Shown piece by piece: positions 28,365 through 38,776 of a stretch of DNA of 64,000 bases. The notes under the pieces were generated by a model. That model searched no databases. It saw nothing but the letters and a program-made list of their open reading frames with translations, and was not told where the DNA came from. The DNA comes from Candidatus Woesearchaeota archaeon (lineage in GTDB: Archaea; Nanobdellota; Nanobdellia; Woesearchaeales; JAZDKJ01). The position numbers and the translations under genes were made by a program. How positions within the stretch are numbered: position 1 is the stretch's first letter; each line of letters opens with the position of its first letter. Where the stretch lies: NCBI GenBank assembly GCA_043803105.1, contig JAZDKJ010000008.1, forward strand, positions 1 to 64,000, written 5' to 3'.

Positions 28365-28725
28365 TCTTACTTACCTCCTACATTTGTTGATTTACTTTAA
28401 CAATATCCTTTGCAAGATATTGCAGGACCAAAATGTCGAGAGACTGCAAGCGGATTGCGCAGCATGCCATTAACTAACCCAGAATAAATTGACTTATTGG
28501 TCCCCCCAAAATATTTCATTTACAAATTTACCATTAATTAGTAGTAGTTTAAAAGCATTTATATCTTTTAGTAGTGAATGCACTTCTGGGCAATACTTCA
28601 AGAACATAGCCTTATCTTTTGGAAAGGCTGACAACTTTGATTGTGTACATGCAATTACTGCAATGAATTTCTCTTTATTAAAGGTGGGCCATAGAAAAAT
28701 CAAAAAAAAGAAAAAGAAAGAAAGT

Positions 28726-31227
28726 TTACACTGCTTCTCCCCAGAACATTATGCTTCCTTCTGAGAAGTCGCCGTTGCACGGCTCAGGCAAAGCAAGCCT
28801 AAAGGTCATTGCAATCTCAGCACCCGGAGATAAAACATTCCCGGGCTGGTAGGCACTTATGTCGCCACCAGGAATCGGTGAGTTTGCGAATGGTTCGCAG
28901 CCTATTATTTCCTGTGACTGATCTATCCTGTTGCCGTAAGGAATTGCTACATAACCCTCAGCATCATGCACATGCAGCGCTGTCCCGCTGTTGCAGGCAA
29001 GCGTGCTGTACGCTCCGTTGGTTGCGAAATAAGCAAAGTTTGTTAGCGCCAGCTGGTTTGTGTCTGGGCACTTTGCTCCGCTTGAGCTTGGGTCATAAAA
29101 GTCAGTTCCTGCAATGTACATATCAAGCATCACTCCGGAGTCATCCTCTGCTGCGTTTCCGACAAGGAGTGTGTCAGAGTATGACAACGCTCCTGGCCTG
29201 ACTGTTCCAAAGTCAATTGCCCCTTGGATGCTCAACGCAATCTCCGGGTTCAAGAACCAATATTCGCGCTCATCCATGTCGCCAAAAAGGCCGTCAAGGT
29301 CTTCTGCTTCAACAGTAACCCAGTATTCTCCGTGCATGCTGAATGGTGTCTCTACAGTGAAGGTGCAGGCATAATAAGCCATGTCCTGGGGATTAAATTC
29401 TGTAATGCTCTCCTCAAGAATCCTGGCATTGCACCTATCCGGAGAGAACCATCTGCATCCTGCAGGGTCGAGGTCGCAAGTGGCGCTGTCCGTTATCTGG
29501 TTGCATGAGGTAGGCGTGCCTGAACAGATTGGAAAGGTTGGCTCATCAATAACAGAGACTGAGTCTATTGTGAATGCAGTTGAGGCATATGGCACAGAAT
29601 TGATGTTACCAACTGTCAGTTCGCAAGTGCCAGTGTTTGGTCCTGTTGCGCAACCCCAATAGTTGTTTGTCGCGTCCAGGAATGGCACACCGTCCCATTG
29701 AAATCCTGTTATGCTAGTAAGCAGGTTATTTTGGTTCACTGTTGTACCTGTGGCAATATGGCCGTTGTAGGCTGCTCCGAGGAAGCTGGTATCCATATTG
29801 CTTATTTGGTTTGAACCAATTACAGCATTAGTCACAAGTCCTAACAACCTAATCCCGATTCCTCCGACGCTGCCTGGCACTCCAATGATTGTGTTATCAT
29901 TAATTAGTGGAGCGTTTATGTTTCCGAAAGCCCCGGTTCCAGGTGCGTTGTTCCAGAGTCCAATACCTCTTCTGTAGTCGCGGAGATTGATTATTCTGTT
30001 TCCAGAGATTTCCACATTGGTATATCCTCCCTGCGAGGCTGCACCAGTGAAGTCACCTGCGAAGGTGATTGCAAAACCTCTGTGGGCTGAATCAAAGTCA
30101 GTTCCCGTTCCCATATCAATGATGTTGTTGCTCACTTTTTGGAGAGTGGTTATATCACTGCCCCCATAATTCATGTTGAAATAAGAGTCAACTGAGCCGT
30201 CAGCTACACCCCTATCCCAGGTGTTAAAGCTGACATCTGTTGGCCCTGCATGCATTTCCAGCAGGATTGCGTTTGCCCCAGTTTGGGTTATGGAGTTGTA
30301 AGTGAATATTAAGGTCTCAAGGCCGCTGTTGCTGTAAAAACCATAATCCTGTTCGTCCAGAGGGTCGTTGGATCCAAAAAGATGATTGTCCGTAATGGTG
30401 TAGGTTGCGCTTGAGCTTGCAGACTGCGCGTAAATAATTACCCGTACGGGAAACCCTCCACTTGTAACAGTCGGATCAACACCAGCATTCCTCAGTGTGA
30501 ACCCGGAGAACTCAACATTAGCCGCAGCGGTAATCCTGACCAGGCCGATGCCTGCCAAGTTTGTTGCACTGCCACCATCAATGATTGTAACTGCAGGTCC
30601 TGAACCCAGCACCCTAAGAGCTTTGTTGATAAGTATTTGGCTCTCATCATATGTTCCCGGCAATACACAGACTGTGTCGTCTGCTTCAGCTGCGTCAATA
30701 GCTGCCTGGATTGTGGAATAACACGGCGTCAGACCATCGCAAGCGTTGCTTGCATAAACGTCGCAAACAGTGGTGCATCCATCTACAGCAGCGCACTGTT
30801 CCATACCATAGTTGGAGCAACTGCCCTGTGATGGGTCCCCAAAGCATCCAATGCCTGTGACTTCAGAGAGCACCTGACAGTTTGCCTCGATGCTCGAGGT
30901 TGAGGTGCCAACAGTAACATAAACATCCTTTACCTTCTCAATACCGTTCTTGTCCATCACAAGAACATCCCATTGAATCTGCTCGCCTTCAAAGGCATAA
31001 TTCTCTATCCGCTCGATGAGTTCTGTTCCACCTCCAGAAATCCTTCCTGGCTCCACATTGTCATCCAAAACAATCCTGTGGTCGCACATCCAGACCATCG
31101 GCGGGAACTTTTCAGTCTCCATGCTGATTCCTGTTCCAGTTCCCACGTCTACAGAAATGACGGAAGGTATCAGCCCGACAAACAACAATATGATTGATAT
31201 CAAAACTAATCTAGAAAGACTTACCAT
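28726..31227 (-). CDS. Secreted surface protein with central pectin-lyase-like beta-helix
   Basis: Signal peptide; YSTIQAAIDAA...VLPGTYDE, IDG, repeated I..N.I strands, LDATNNYWG; Cys-rich flanks. Confidence 0.8.
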   Translation of the reverse strand: MVSLSRLVLISIILLFVGLIPSVISVDVGTGTGISMETEKFPPMVWMCDHRIVLDDNVEPGRISGGGTELIERIENYAFEGEQIQWDVLVMDKNGIEKVKDVYVTVGTSTSSIEANCQVLSEVTGIGCFGDPSQGSCSNYGMEQCAAVDGCTTVCDVYASNACDGLTPCYSTIQAAIDAAEADDTVCVLPGTYDESQILINKALRVLGSGPAVTIIDGGSATNLAGIGLVRITAAANVEFSGFTLRNAGVDPTVTSGGFPVRVIIYAQSASSSATYTITDNHLFGSNDPLDEQDYGFYSNSGLETLIFTYNSITQTGANAILLEMHAGPTDVSFNTWDRGVADGSVDSYFNMNYGGSDITTLQKVSNNIIDMGTGTDFDSAHRGFAITFAGDFTGAASQGGYTNVEISGNRIINLRDYRRGIGLWNNAPGTGAFGNINAPLINDNTIIGVPGSVGGIGIRLLGLVTNAVIGSNQISNMDTSFLGAAYNGHIATGTTVNQNNLLTSITGFQWDGVPFLDATNNYWGCATGPNTGTCELTVGNINSVPYASTAFTIDSVSVIDEPTFPICSGTPTSCNQITDSATCDLDPAGCRWFSPDRCNARILEESITEFNPQDMAYYACTFTVETPFSMHGEYWVTVEAEDLDGLFGDMDEREYWFLNPEIALSIQGAIDFGTVRPGALSYSDTLLVGNAAEDDSGVMLDMYIAGTDFYDPSSSGAKCPDTNQLALTNFAYFATNGAYSTLACNSGTALHVHDAEGYVAIPYGNRIDQSQEIIGCEPFANSPIPGGDISAYQPGNVLSPGAEIAMTFRLALPEPCNGDFSEGSIMFWGEAV

Positions 31228-31415
31228 ACAGTACACCCCCAAATAATTTGCATTAACATAATTAGTATCTCATAGTAGTATTAAAGAATTTCTATTCTAC
31301 AATAGTTAATACCACATATCCTCATTACTTTTTGCAATAAGGAAAGCGAAAACATTTTAAACAAGACAGTTTTCATAGACGAGAGGATATCTGATTTTGT
31401 TTTTTGGGAAAACGT

Positions 31416-32357
31416 ATGGGGAACGCAATCGAAATAAGGTCGCTCACGAAGAGATTCGGGAACTTCACTGCAGTAGACAGGATCAACCTTAATGTCAGAG
31501 AGGGAGAGATATTCGGCTTTCTTGGGCCAAATGGGGCAGGGAAGACAACAACAATCAGCATGCTGACAACGCTCATCAAGCCAACCTCAGGAACAGCACT
31601 TGTCGGAGGGCATGACATCCTGACAGAAGGTGTAAATGTTCGTAGCATAATCGGAGTTGTGCCGCAATCGTTCTCGCTCTTCCCAGAACTCACTGCTGAG
31701 GAAAACCTGACATACATCGGCAAACTGTATGGCATGGAATCAGGCAAGATCAGCGAGAGAAGCGAGGAGCTCTTGAAGACTGTGGAGCTATTCGAGCACC
31801 GAACCAGGATTGCAGGTATATTCTCAGGTGGAATGAAGCAAAGGCTGTCACTCGCGGCAAGCATAATGTCAAGCCCCAAAATACTTTTCATGGACGAGCC
31901 AACAACGGGGCTTGACCCGCAGAGCAGGATAGCAATACGGGAGCTCACAAAGCGGCTTAACAGCGAAGGGATGACGATAGTCTACACGACACACGACATG
32001 GATGAAGCAGAGAAGGTTTGCGACAGGATAACTGTAATGGACAAGGGAAAGATCATAGCGGATGGCACAAGCAGGGAGCTTAAGCGCATGATAACTAAAG
32101 GTCATATAGTGGAAGTGGAGATAGACAATCCTGGCAAGGAAATAGTCAGAGAGCTGCAAAAACTTCCATTTGTTACGAGAGTCACTCAATCAGCAAGCAT
32201 CATAAACCTGACAGTAAAAAACAAAGAGGGCGTATTCTACAAACTCAGCGATTACTTCTGCAGCAAGAAACAAAGAGTGGTTGAGATAAAATTCAAGGAG
32301 CCAACACTGGAAGATGTATTCATACAACTAACGAGCAAAGAGCTAAGGGACAAATGA
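31416..32357 (+). CDS. ABC-2 exporter ATP-binding subunit
   Basis: GPNGAGKT, FSGGMKQR, FMDEPT, TTH, PTLEDVF. Confidence 0.95.
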   Translation: MGNAIEIRSLTKRFGNFTAVDRINLNVREGEIFGFLGPNGAGKTTTISMLTTLIKPTSGTALVGGHDILTEGVNVRSIIGVVPQSFSLFPELTAEENLTYIGKLYGMESGKISERSEELLKTVELFEHRTRIAGIFSGGMKQRLSLAASIMSSPKILFMDEPTTGLDPQSRIAIRELTKRLNSEGMTIVYTTHDMDEAEKVCDRITVMDKGKIIADGTSRELKRMITKGHIVEVEIDNPGKEIVRELQKLPFVTRVTQSASIINLTVKNKEGVFYKLSDYFCSKKQRVVEIKFKEPTLEDVFIQLTSKELRDK

Positions 32358-33925
32358 ATGATAGAAAAGAAAAATTCATAGACATCAAGAAGATAGGCGC
32401 CATAATACAGAAGAATTTCATAGTACTTACAAGAGACAAGACAAGACTGGTGCCATTGGTTTTGTTTCCAGTATTCATGATACTTATTTTTGGATACACA
32501 TCAGGCAATATTCCCAAGCACATCCCTGCTGCCATAGTGCCGTATGACTACTCAATATTATCCCAGCAGATACAGAAGCAGATACAAGGCAACCAGGTAT
32601 TTTCGATTACCAGAACAGTGAGCAGTGAGGGGGAAGCACTGAAGCTCCTTGACAGCGGCAGCGTGAGGGTTATAATCGAGATTCCCGCCAACTTTGAGAG
32701 AGACATAAACGCAGGAGTGCAGACTGCAATTACTGTAATTGTTGATGAGTCTGATTCTGCCATAGCGCAGACCTCAAGACAGACGGTGAACCAGATAGTA
32801 ATGCAAGCCTCAGCCCAATTGAGTGCGCAAAAGGTGGCAGGATTCCAACAGTCAATAGACAAGGTAACCAGGCAAACTAGCTTTGCACAGAGCAGTGAGT
32901 ACAGGCTAATAGCGGCGAACACACAACGAGCAGAAGCACAACTGGTTCAAGCCAGAAAAATAACCGAAGGACTTGGAATGAACCTAATCGACTCGCTTCA
33001 GCTGCCCTCGTTAAGGACTCTTTCGAGTGGCCAACTCAATATTAGCCAAGCCTTCCTTTCAGAACCGCCGGGATTCAGCAGCCAAAAGGCTCAGATACAC
33101 CTCATGCAAACAATAACAGGGCTAATAGCAAGCGCAGAGGCACAAGTGCAGTCAGCCGGCGCAGAGGCAGAGCAAGGCAGCCAAGAGCAACAACTGCTTG
33201 CGCAGGAGAGTGCGCGAAACGCTGCAGAAAGCAGCAAAGTGATAAGAGCTTTCACACAGTATGACACTAAAACCCTGTTAATGCCACTAACCTATACAGA
33301 AAAGCCAGCATATGGGACAGGCAAAAGAACAATAGACTTCCTGATACCTGCGATAATAGCGCTCACGATATTCCAGGGAGCAGTGTTTGGAATGGGAAGG
33401 GCTGTTGCAGGAGAAAAGAGAGATGGCTCACTAACCAGGGTGTTCCTCACACCAACCTCCACTGCTACCATCATCGCAGGAACACTGTCATTTTATGTGT
33501 TCTTCGAGATATTCAGGTCCCTATTCCTCATAGTGGTTTCAATGATGTTCTTTGGGATACACATAGAGGGGAGCTTGCTTGCCATTGGCCTGACCATCGT
33601 TATATACTCGACAGTTGCCACAGGAATAGGAATGATAATATCAAGCGTGGTAAGCACAGAGCAGCAGTACATGGCCCTCTCGATGCTCGTTACGTTACCG
33701 AGCATGTTCCTCGCTGGAGTGTTCTTCCCGCTGCAGGCAATGCCCAAAGTACTGCAAATAATCGCAGGGTTCCTGCCAATCACATACGCAGGAGAGGCGC
33801 TAAGGGGAGTAATGATAAAAGGGTTCTCTGTTGCGACTATAGCCTACCCACTTTTCATACTGCTTGTCTTCCTGGTTTTCGTCCTAACAATTTTGTTCAT
33901 CGTTTTCAAGAGGGATATTGAATGA
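32354..33925 (+). CDS. ABC-2 exporter permease with large extracellular helical insert
   Basis: One N-terminal TM plus five C-terminal TMs; EKRDGSL, GVFFP, LPITY. Confidence 0.9.
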   Translation: MNDRKEKFIDIKKIGAIIQKNFIVLTRDKTRLVPLVLFPVFMILIFGYTSGNIPKHIPAAIVPYDYSILSQQIQKQIQGNQVFSITRTVSSEGEALKLLDSGSVRVIIEIPANFERDINAGVQTAITVIVDESDSAIAQTSRQTVNQIVMQASAQLSAQKVAGFQQSIDKVTRQTSFAQSSEYRLIAANTQRAEAQLVQARKITEGLGMNLIDSLQLPSLRTLSSGQLNISQAFLSEPPGFSSQKAQIHLMQTITGLIASAEAQVQSAGAEAEQGSQEQQLLAQESARNAAESSKVIRAFTQYDTKTLLMPLTYTEKPAYGTGKRTIDFLIPAIIALTIFQGAVFGMGRAVAGEKRDGSLTRVFLTPTSTATIIAGTLSFYVFFEIFRSLFLIVVSMMFFGIHIEGSLLAIGLTIVIYSTVATGIGMIISSVVSTEQQYMALSMLVTLPSMFLAGVFFPLQAMPKVLQIIAGFLPITYAGEALRGVMIKGFSVATIAYPLFILLVFLVFVLTILFIVFKRDIE

Positions 33926-33941
33926 TAGGAGGCATGACAAA

Positions 33942-35144
33942 ATGAAAAAACAGTCAATCTTAGCTTGCTTTGCACTGATAATTCTGTTCAGCGCAACAGT
34001 ACAGGCACAGGTTAAGCCAAATGTGATAATATCAAGCTTTCAGGTCAAGCAAGGCAGGGCAGAAGTGGGAAAAGACTTTACCTTGGCACTATTGATGGTA
34101 AACACTGAGCCTTCAGCATGCGCAGCCTCAATAACCGTAAGTTTGCAGGCAGGATTCCCTTTCATAATGAACGGACTTTCCACAATACTTGTTGGAGACC
34201 TTTGCGACAGCTCACCAAAAGAGGTGGATTTCCCGATGAAGATAGACCCGAGCGCAACAGGAGGCTTCTACCAGATAACTGTAACAGCCAATTATGAGAC
34301 AACGAGCTTTGTGGCGCTGTCAAACTCACAGACTGTCAACTTCCTTGTGAACGGAAGCCCAAACATCAATTCCTACATAACAAACTCTATTCCGGTTAAG
34401 GTTTACCCTGGGGACAGCGCAAAAATCACTGTCACAGTGGAGAACGATGGGTCATTCGACGCACAATCAGTTAATGCAATGCTAACAAGCGACAATGAGA
34501 TTGAAGTATCTCCTCTAAACTCTCTTGGTGCAATAGGGTTGCTTCCTGCAAAGCAGAGCAAAAATGTTGACTTCACAGTGGACGTGCCGAAGAACGCAAA
34601 AGGCACGAGCTATCCACTGAACCTGAAGATAAGCTACCTGGATGAACAGCTAAACGAAAAGATGAAATTTTCAACCATTAACTTCCAGGTGCAAAAAAAA
34701 GCGATGTTCAATACAACCGAAACAGGATCACAGTCCCTGCACCCGAACGACAATTCACGGACAGTAAAACTCCTCATCACCAATAAGGGGACAGACAGTG
34801 CACACAGGATACAGGCAAAACTCATACCTCAGTTCCCGTTATCCACAGACGGGAGCACGCGCTATATCGATCAGTTAAATCCTGGTGAGAGCTCAAGCGC
34901 AGAATTCATTGTCAACGTTGACAAGGATGGCACAGCAGGAACCTACGGACTTGACATGCTGCTTGATTATGAGGACAACCAGGGAAAAAGCATGCAAGAC
35001 ACAGCAACAGTCTCGATCACTGTGCAGCCAAAGGGATTAATTAGGACAGTATTCATAAATTTCTGGTACCTGTGGGCTATTGCAATAATCCTTGCCGGAA
35101 TAGTATTCCTAAGAAAGTCAAGGCAGCAGAAAAAGAAGAAATAA
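33942..35144 (+). CDS. COG1361-like S-layer-domain protein (Ig/CARDB-like repeats, C-terminal TM)
   Basis: Signal peptide; VENDG, ITNKGT, LNPGES, GTYGL..L.YED; C-terminal TM plus basic tail. Confidence 0.8.
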   Translation: MKKQSILACFALIILFSATVQAQVKPNVIISSFQVKQGRAEVGKDFTLALLMVNTEPSACAASITVSLQAGFPFIMNGLSTILVGDLCDSSPKEVDFPMKIDPSATGGFYQITVTANYETTSFVALSNSQTVNFLVNGSPNINSYITNSIPVKVYPGDSAKITVTVENDGSFDAQSVNAMLTSDNEIEVSPLNSLGAIGLLPAKQSKNVDFTVDVPKNAKGTSYPLNLKISYLDEQLNEKMKFSTINFQVQKKAMFNTTETGSQSLHPNDNSRTVKLLITNKGTDSAHRIQAKLIPQFPLSTDGSTRYIDQLNPGESSSAEFIVNVDKDGTAGTYGLDMLLDYEDNQGKSMQDTATVSITVQPKGLIRTVFINFWYLWAIAIILAGIVFLRKSRQQKKKK

Positions 35145-35145
35145 C

Positions 35146-35577
35146 TCAAAGTCCCTTGGACTTCATGTAATATTTAAGGAAGTCGCCAACGCCAGCCAGA
35201 AGGTCCTGCTTTAAGGCTTCTGCAGGATGCAACAACAGGTGAGCTTGAATCTTGTGGTCATTCTTGTCAAGCTTGCCAGCAATGTATTTGCAGACAAAAC
35301 AGAAAACGAGGGTGTGCTGGTAATATGTGGAATAGTCCCAGCTCTGCTGGATTGAAATAGGAAGCATTGACTTAACCTCGACAGTCAAGCCAGTCTCCTC
35401 CAATATCTCCCTCTTGACTGTAACATCAAGAGACTCCCCGGGCTCGTTCCTGCCACCAGGAAGCTCCCACTTGAGGTGAGCCTTGGGATTAATTGGCTCA
35501 TACCTCTGGGACAACAAAATCCTGCCGTCAGGAAATTCAACAATGCCAATAGCAACTACCTTAGTCTTCCACTCCAT
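35146..35577 (-). CDS. NUDIX hydrolase (MutT-like)
   Basis: WELPGGRNEPGES...REILEETGL. Confidence 0.9.
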   Translation of the reverse strand: MEWKTKVVAIGIVEFPDGRILLSQRYEPINPKAHLKWELPGGRNEPGESLDVTVKREILEETGLTVEVKSMLPISIQQSWDYSTYYQHTLVFCFVCKYIAGKLDKNDHKIQAHLLLHPAEALKQDLLAGVGDFLKYYMKSKGL

Positions 35578-35688
35578 GAACAGATGTTTGGAAAAGCAGC
35601 TAATAAAACTTTGCTATAAGTTAGATAAACATGCTTTTAAGCATTTATTCAAGGATATTTTTATAAGAACAAGAGACTTCCTTAGGTC

Positions 35689-36534
35689 ATGAGCCAGGTG
35701 CAGATTAAGAAACCACTGTTCGGAAAAGAGGTAGGAATAACAATATATGATGTAGACGAAAATCTGGCATACGGAGCGATCGAAGAGGCATACAATGAAG
35801 GGCTAAGGCTCTCAAAAATCTTCAACCCCTTTGATTCGGCAAGCGAGCTAACCAAACTCAACAAGGAAAGAGAGAAGAAGGTCTCAGCAGAGCTATTCTA
35901 CGTGATAGAGTCAGCATTAAAGATATGCGAACTGACAGACGGGGCTTATGACATAAGCTTAGGAAAATTGATTGAGCAAAGGAAGAAAAGCCTCAAGGAA
36001 GCAGAGCCTAAATGCTCATTTAGGGATATTAAGATCAGCGGAAATAAAGTAATATTGACTCATTCAGAGGCAATGATTGACCTAGGGAGTATTGCCAAGG
36101 GTTATATTGGAGATAGGATGGCAGAGAAGCTGCAAAAACAAGGCATAAAATCAGGGCTCATCGACGCGCGCGGAGACATAAGGGTTTTCGGAGAAGCAAG
36201 AATAATAAGGATACAACACCCAAGAGAGATGCAGAAAACAATTGGCTCAATTAAGCTTGCCAACAACTCTGTAGCCACTTCAGGCGATTACAGGCAATAT
36301 TATGGGAGCTTTGAGAATTGCCATATAGTCAACAGGAGTGATGCAATATCAGTTACTGCAATTGCAAAGGAGCTCATGTGGGCTGACGGATTTGCCACAG
36401 CGCTTTTTGTGCTGGGCAAGGAATCAAGGGAAGATTTATTAGAAAGAAAAAACACCGTCAGGGCAATGGTAATGGACAATAAGCTAAGGATAGAGAATTA
36501 CAACGGATTTGAGAAATACATGATTGAAGGATGA
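35689..36534 (+). CDS. apbE: ApbE-family FAD:protein FMN transferase
   Basis: SELTKLN, TDGAYDIS, IDLGSIAKGY, GDI, VATSGDY, HI, ADGFATA. Confidence 0.9.
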   Translation: MSQVQIKKPLFGKEVGITIYDVDENLAYGAIEEAYNEGLRLSKIFNPFDSASELTKLNKEREKKVSAELFYVIESALKICELTDGAYDISLGKLIEQRKKSLKEAEPKCSFRDIKISGNKVILTHSEAMIDLGSIAKGYIGDRMAEKLQKQGIKSGLIDARGDIRVFGEARIIRIQHPREMQKTIGSIKLANNSVATSGDYRQYYGSFENCHIVNRSDAISVTAIAKELMWADGFATALFVLGKESREDLLERKNTVRAMVMDNKLRIENYNGFEKYMIEG

Positions 36535-37844
36535 ATACAAAAAAAATCCTTGGATGGGCAATGCTTGCATTGATAGCAGTAGTACCAGGAATATTATGGT
36601 ATTTTCTCAAGCCAAGCAGCACACTGACAGGGTATGCCTTACTCACGCAAAGCCTTGGGCAACTTGCAGCGCTAACTGGAGTCACGCTTTTTGCACTAAG
36701 CTTTGTACTCTCCACAAGGATGGTATGGATCGAGGACCTTTTCGGAGGACTGGACAAGGTATACGTTGTACATGCAATGGTCGGAGCAACCGCTCTTGTT
36801 CTTCTGCTGTTTCACCCGATACTCCTTGTCCTAAAATATTTTCCTGGACGGTCAGAGACTGCGGCACAGTACCTCTTGCCTGGCTCGCACTGGTCTGTCA
36901 ATTTTGGCATAATAGCACTCACTCTTCTAATCGCGCTTATCTATGTAACCCTTTATACAAAAATCAAGTACAACAAATGGAAGAACACACACACATTCCT
37001 CGGCGCGGTATTCATAATAGCAGTACTGCACATCTTCCTGGTAAGGGGAGATGCATCGAGAGACAGTATCTTCACAGGCTATTACGCGTTTGCCGCAATA
37101 GTCTCTCTCATAGGAATCTCAAGCTTCTCTTACACTTTGCTAATTAAGAAAAGCGGATTACATGAGGCAATATTCACTGTGCAAAAGATAGAAAAGAAAA
37201 AACAAGGAGTCTATGAGATCGGGCTAAAGCCGAAACACAAGCCAATAAGGTATAAATCAGGGCAATTTGTGTTCTTGAGGTTTTACAATGAGGCATTGAC
37301 CACAGAGGCACACCCGTTCTCAATAATATCAAAGAGCAACGAGCCAGAGGTCAAGGTCATAATCAAGGATTTGGGAGACTTCACAAACAAGATAGAGAGG
37401 CTCAAGGTTGAAGATGAGGTTGCAATAGAAGGGCCATATGGCAGATTCAACTACAACAAAAGGTTTAGCTGCGACCAAGTCTGGATTGCTGGTGGGATAG
37501 GCATAACACCATTCATTGGCATGGCAGCAGACTTTGCTGAAATGCGGCAGACTTGCACGATAGACCTTTATCACACAGTGAGGAATAAAGAGGACCTGAT
37601 AGCATTCGATTACCTGAAATCACTTGAAAAAGAGACCAAGCGAAAGTTCAGAATTATCCCCTGGATAAGCAGCGAATCAGGGCATATAGATGCAAAGGTA
37701 ATAGCGCAGTACAGCAAAGAGCTGAAGCACAAGGAAATATTCATATGCGGGCCAAAGGGCTTTAAGGCAGCGTTTACAAAAGGGCTTGCAGAAATGGGTG
37801 TACCGAAAACCAGGATACACCAGGAGGAGTTCAGTTTCAGATGA
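36531..37844 (+). CDS. Ferric-reductase-like transmembrane protein with FAD/NAD-binding domain
   Basis: Six TMs with heme His residues (GGLDKVYVVH, FHP, WKNTH, LH); GQF, HPFS, GDFT, EGPYG, AGGIGITPF, CGP, EEF. Confidence 0.9.
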   Translation: MNTKKILGWAMLALIAVVPGILWYFLKPSSTLTGYALLTQSLGQLAALTGVTLFALSFVLSTRMVWIEDLFGGLDKVYVVHAMVGATALVLLLFHPILLVLKYFPGRSETAAQYLLPGSHWSVNFGIIALTLLIALIYVTLYTKIKYNKWKNTHTFLGAVFIIAVLHIFLVRGDASRDSIFTGYYAFAAIVSLIGISSFSYTLLIKKSGLHEAIFTVQKIEKKKQGVYEIGLKPKHKPIRYKSGQFVFLRFYNEALTTEAHPFSIISKSNEPEVKVIIKDLGDFTNKIERLKVEDEVAIEGPYGRFNYNKRFSCDQVWIAGGIGITPFIGMAADFAEMRQTCTIDLYHTVRNKEDLIAFDYLKSLEKETKRKFRIIPWISSESGHIDAKVIAQYSKELKHKEIFICGPKGFKAAFTKGLAEMGVPKTRIHQEEFSFR

Positions 37845-38383
37845 ACCTCAAGGCTTTTGTGGCAATACCATTGGCTGCAGGCATCTTTGTTGCAGGAACC
37901 ATAGTGCTTTTCGGGCTGTTCAACAACAGCACAATCATCTTTCCTGCACTCTACTTCTTGTTGTGCCTCGCCTTGCTTTCTTTGGCGCTTATGATGTCAA
38001 GAGAGATGTTCACTGACAAAAGCGACCTGTTGTTTTCATTCTGGATAGGAATATTAGTGTGCGCTTCTGCTGCTTTAAGCGCAACGAGCATAAGGGCTTA
38101 TGTACAGAGTTCTACAGAAAATCCTGGACAGCAAATAAGCCTAGACCTGGACACAATCTCTAAGACAAACGATTATTACCAACAATACATGACCTATTTA
38201 CAGAAGCAGATACAATCCTATCAAGAAAGATCAACAAGTCTGCAGGCGCAAATCAACCAAAAAATCAAGGAGATAAATACAACACAAGTGGTACAGGTGA
38301 TACAACCAGCGCAGATCGTGCAGCAGCCGATTGTTCGGCCACCCAGAATCGAGCGGGAGCGCGAAAGTGAGGAAGATGACTAA
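37841..38383 (+). CDS. Membrane protein with coiled coil and acidic tail
   Basis: Three TMs, Gln-rich coil, ends ERERESEEDD; overlaps neighbours. Confidence 0.7.
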   Translation: MNLKAFVAIPLAAGIFVAGTIVLFGLFNNSTIIFPALYFLLCLALLSLALMMSREMFTDKSDLLFSFWIGILVCASAALSATSIRAYVQSSTENPGQQISLDLDTISKTNDYYQQYMTYLQKQIQSYQERSTSLQAQINQKIKEINTTQVVQVIQPAQIVQQPIVRPPRIERERESEEDD

Positions 38384-38747
38384 TGCGATAAAAGCGTTCA
38401 TTGCAGTTATCAGCATTTTACTTGCTGCTCTGCTAATTCTGGCAGCAATCTACTTTGCAAGCCTGCAGAATGCAAGAGAGCTAAACCTAAGGCCTTATTA
38501 TGCAAGAAGAGAAGAGCTGCTCGCAATGCAGGAAAGGCTCAATTCAATGATAGCTGAACTCAATGGCACTCTGCAAAGGGAGGCGGCACTGAATAGCAAG
38601 CTCGGCGAGACATTCAAGAATCTGACCAATCGCCCAAATGCTGCAAGCAATCCTGTAATAACGCCGCAACAAATGGTAACACAGCCACCTTTGATAACGC
38701 AACCTTCGCGGCCTGTGAGCCAACCGGTGGTCACAAGGGCATCATAA
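38376..38747 (+). CDS. Membrane-anchored coiled-coil protein with Pro-rich stalk ending VVTRAS
   Basis: N-terminal TM, coil, P/Q/T-rich linker. Confidence 0.7.
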   Translation: MTNAIKAFIAVISILLAALLILAAIYFASLQNARELNLRPYYARREELLAMQERLNSMIAELNGTLQREAALNSKLGETFKNLTNRPNAASNPVITPQQMVTQPPLITQPSRPVSQPVVTRAS

Positions 38748-38776
38748 GAACAGTCATTTCATGTTTGGGAAAAGAC

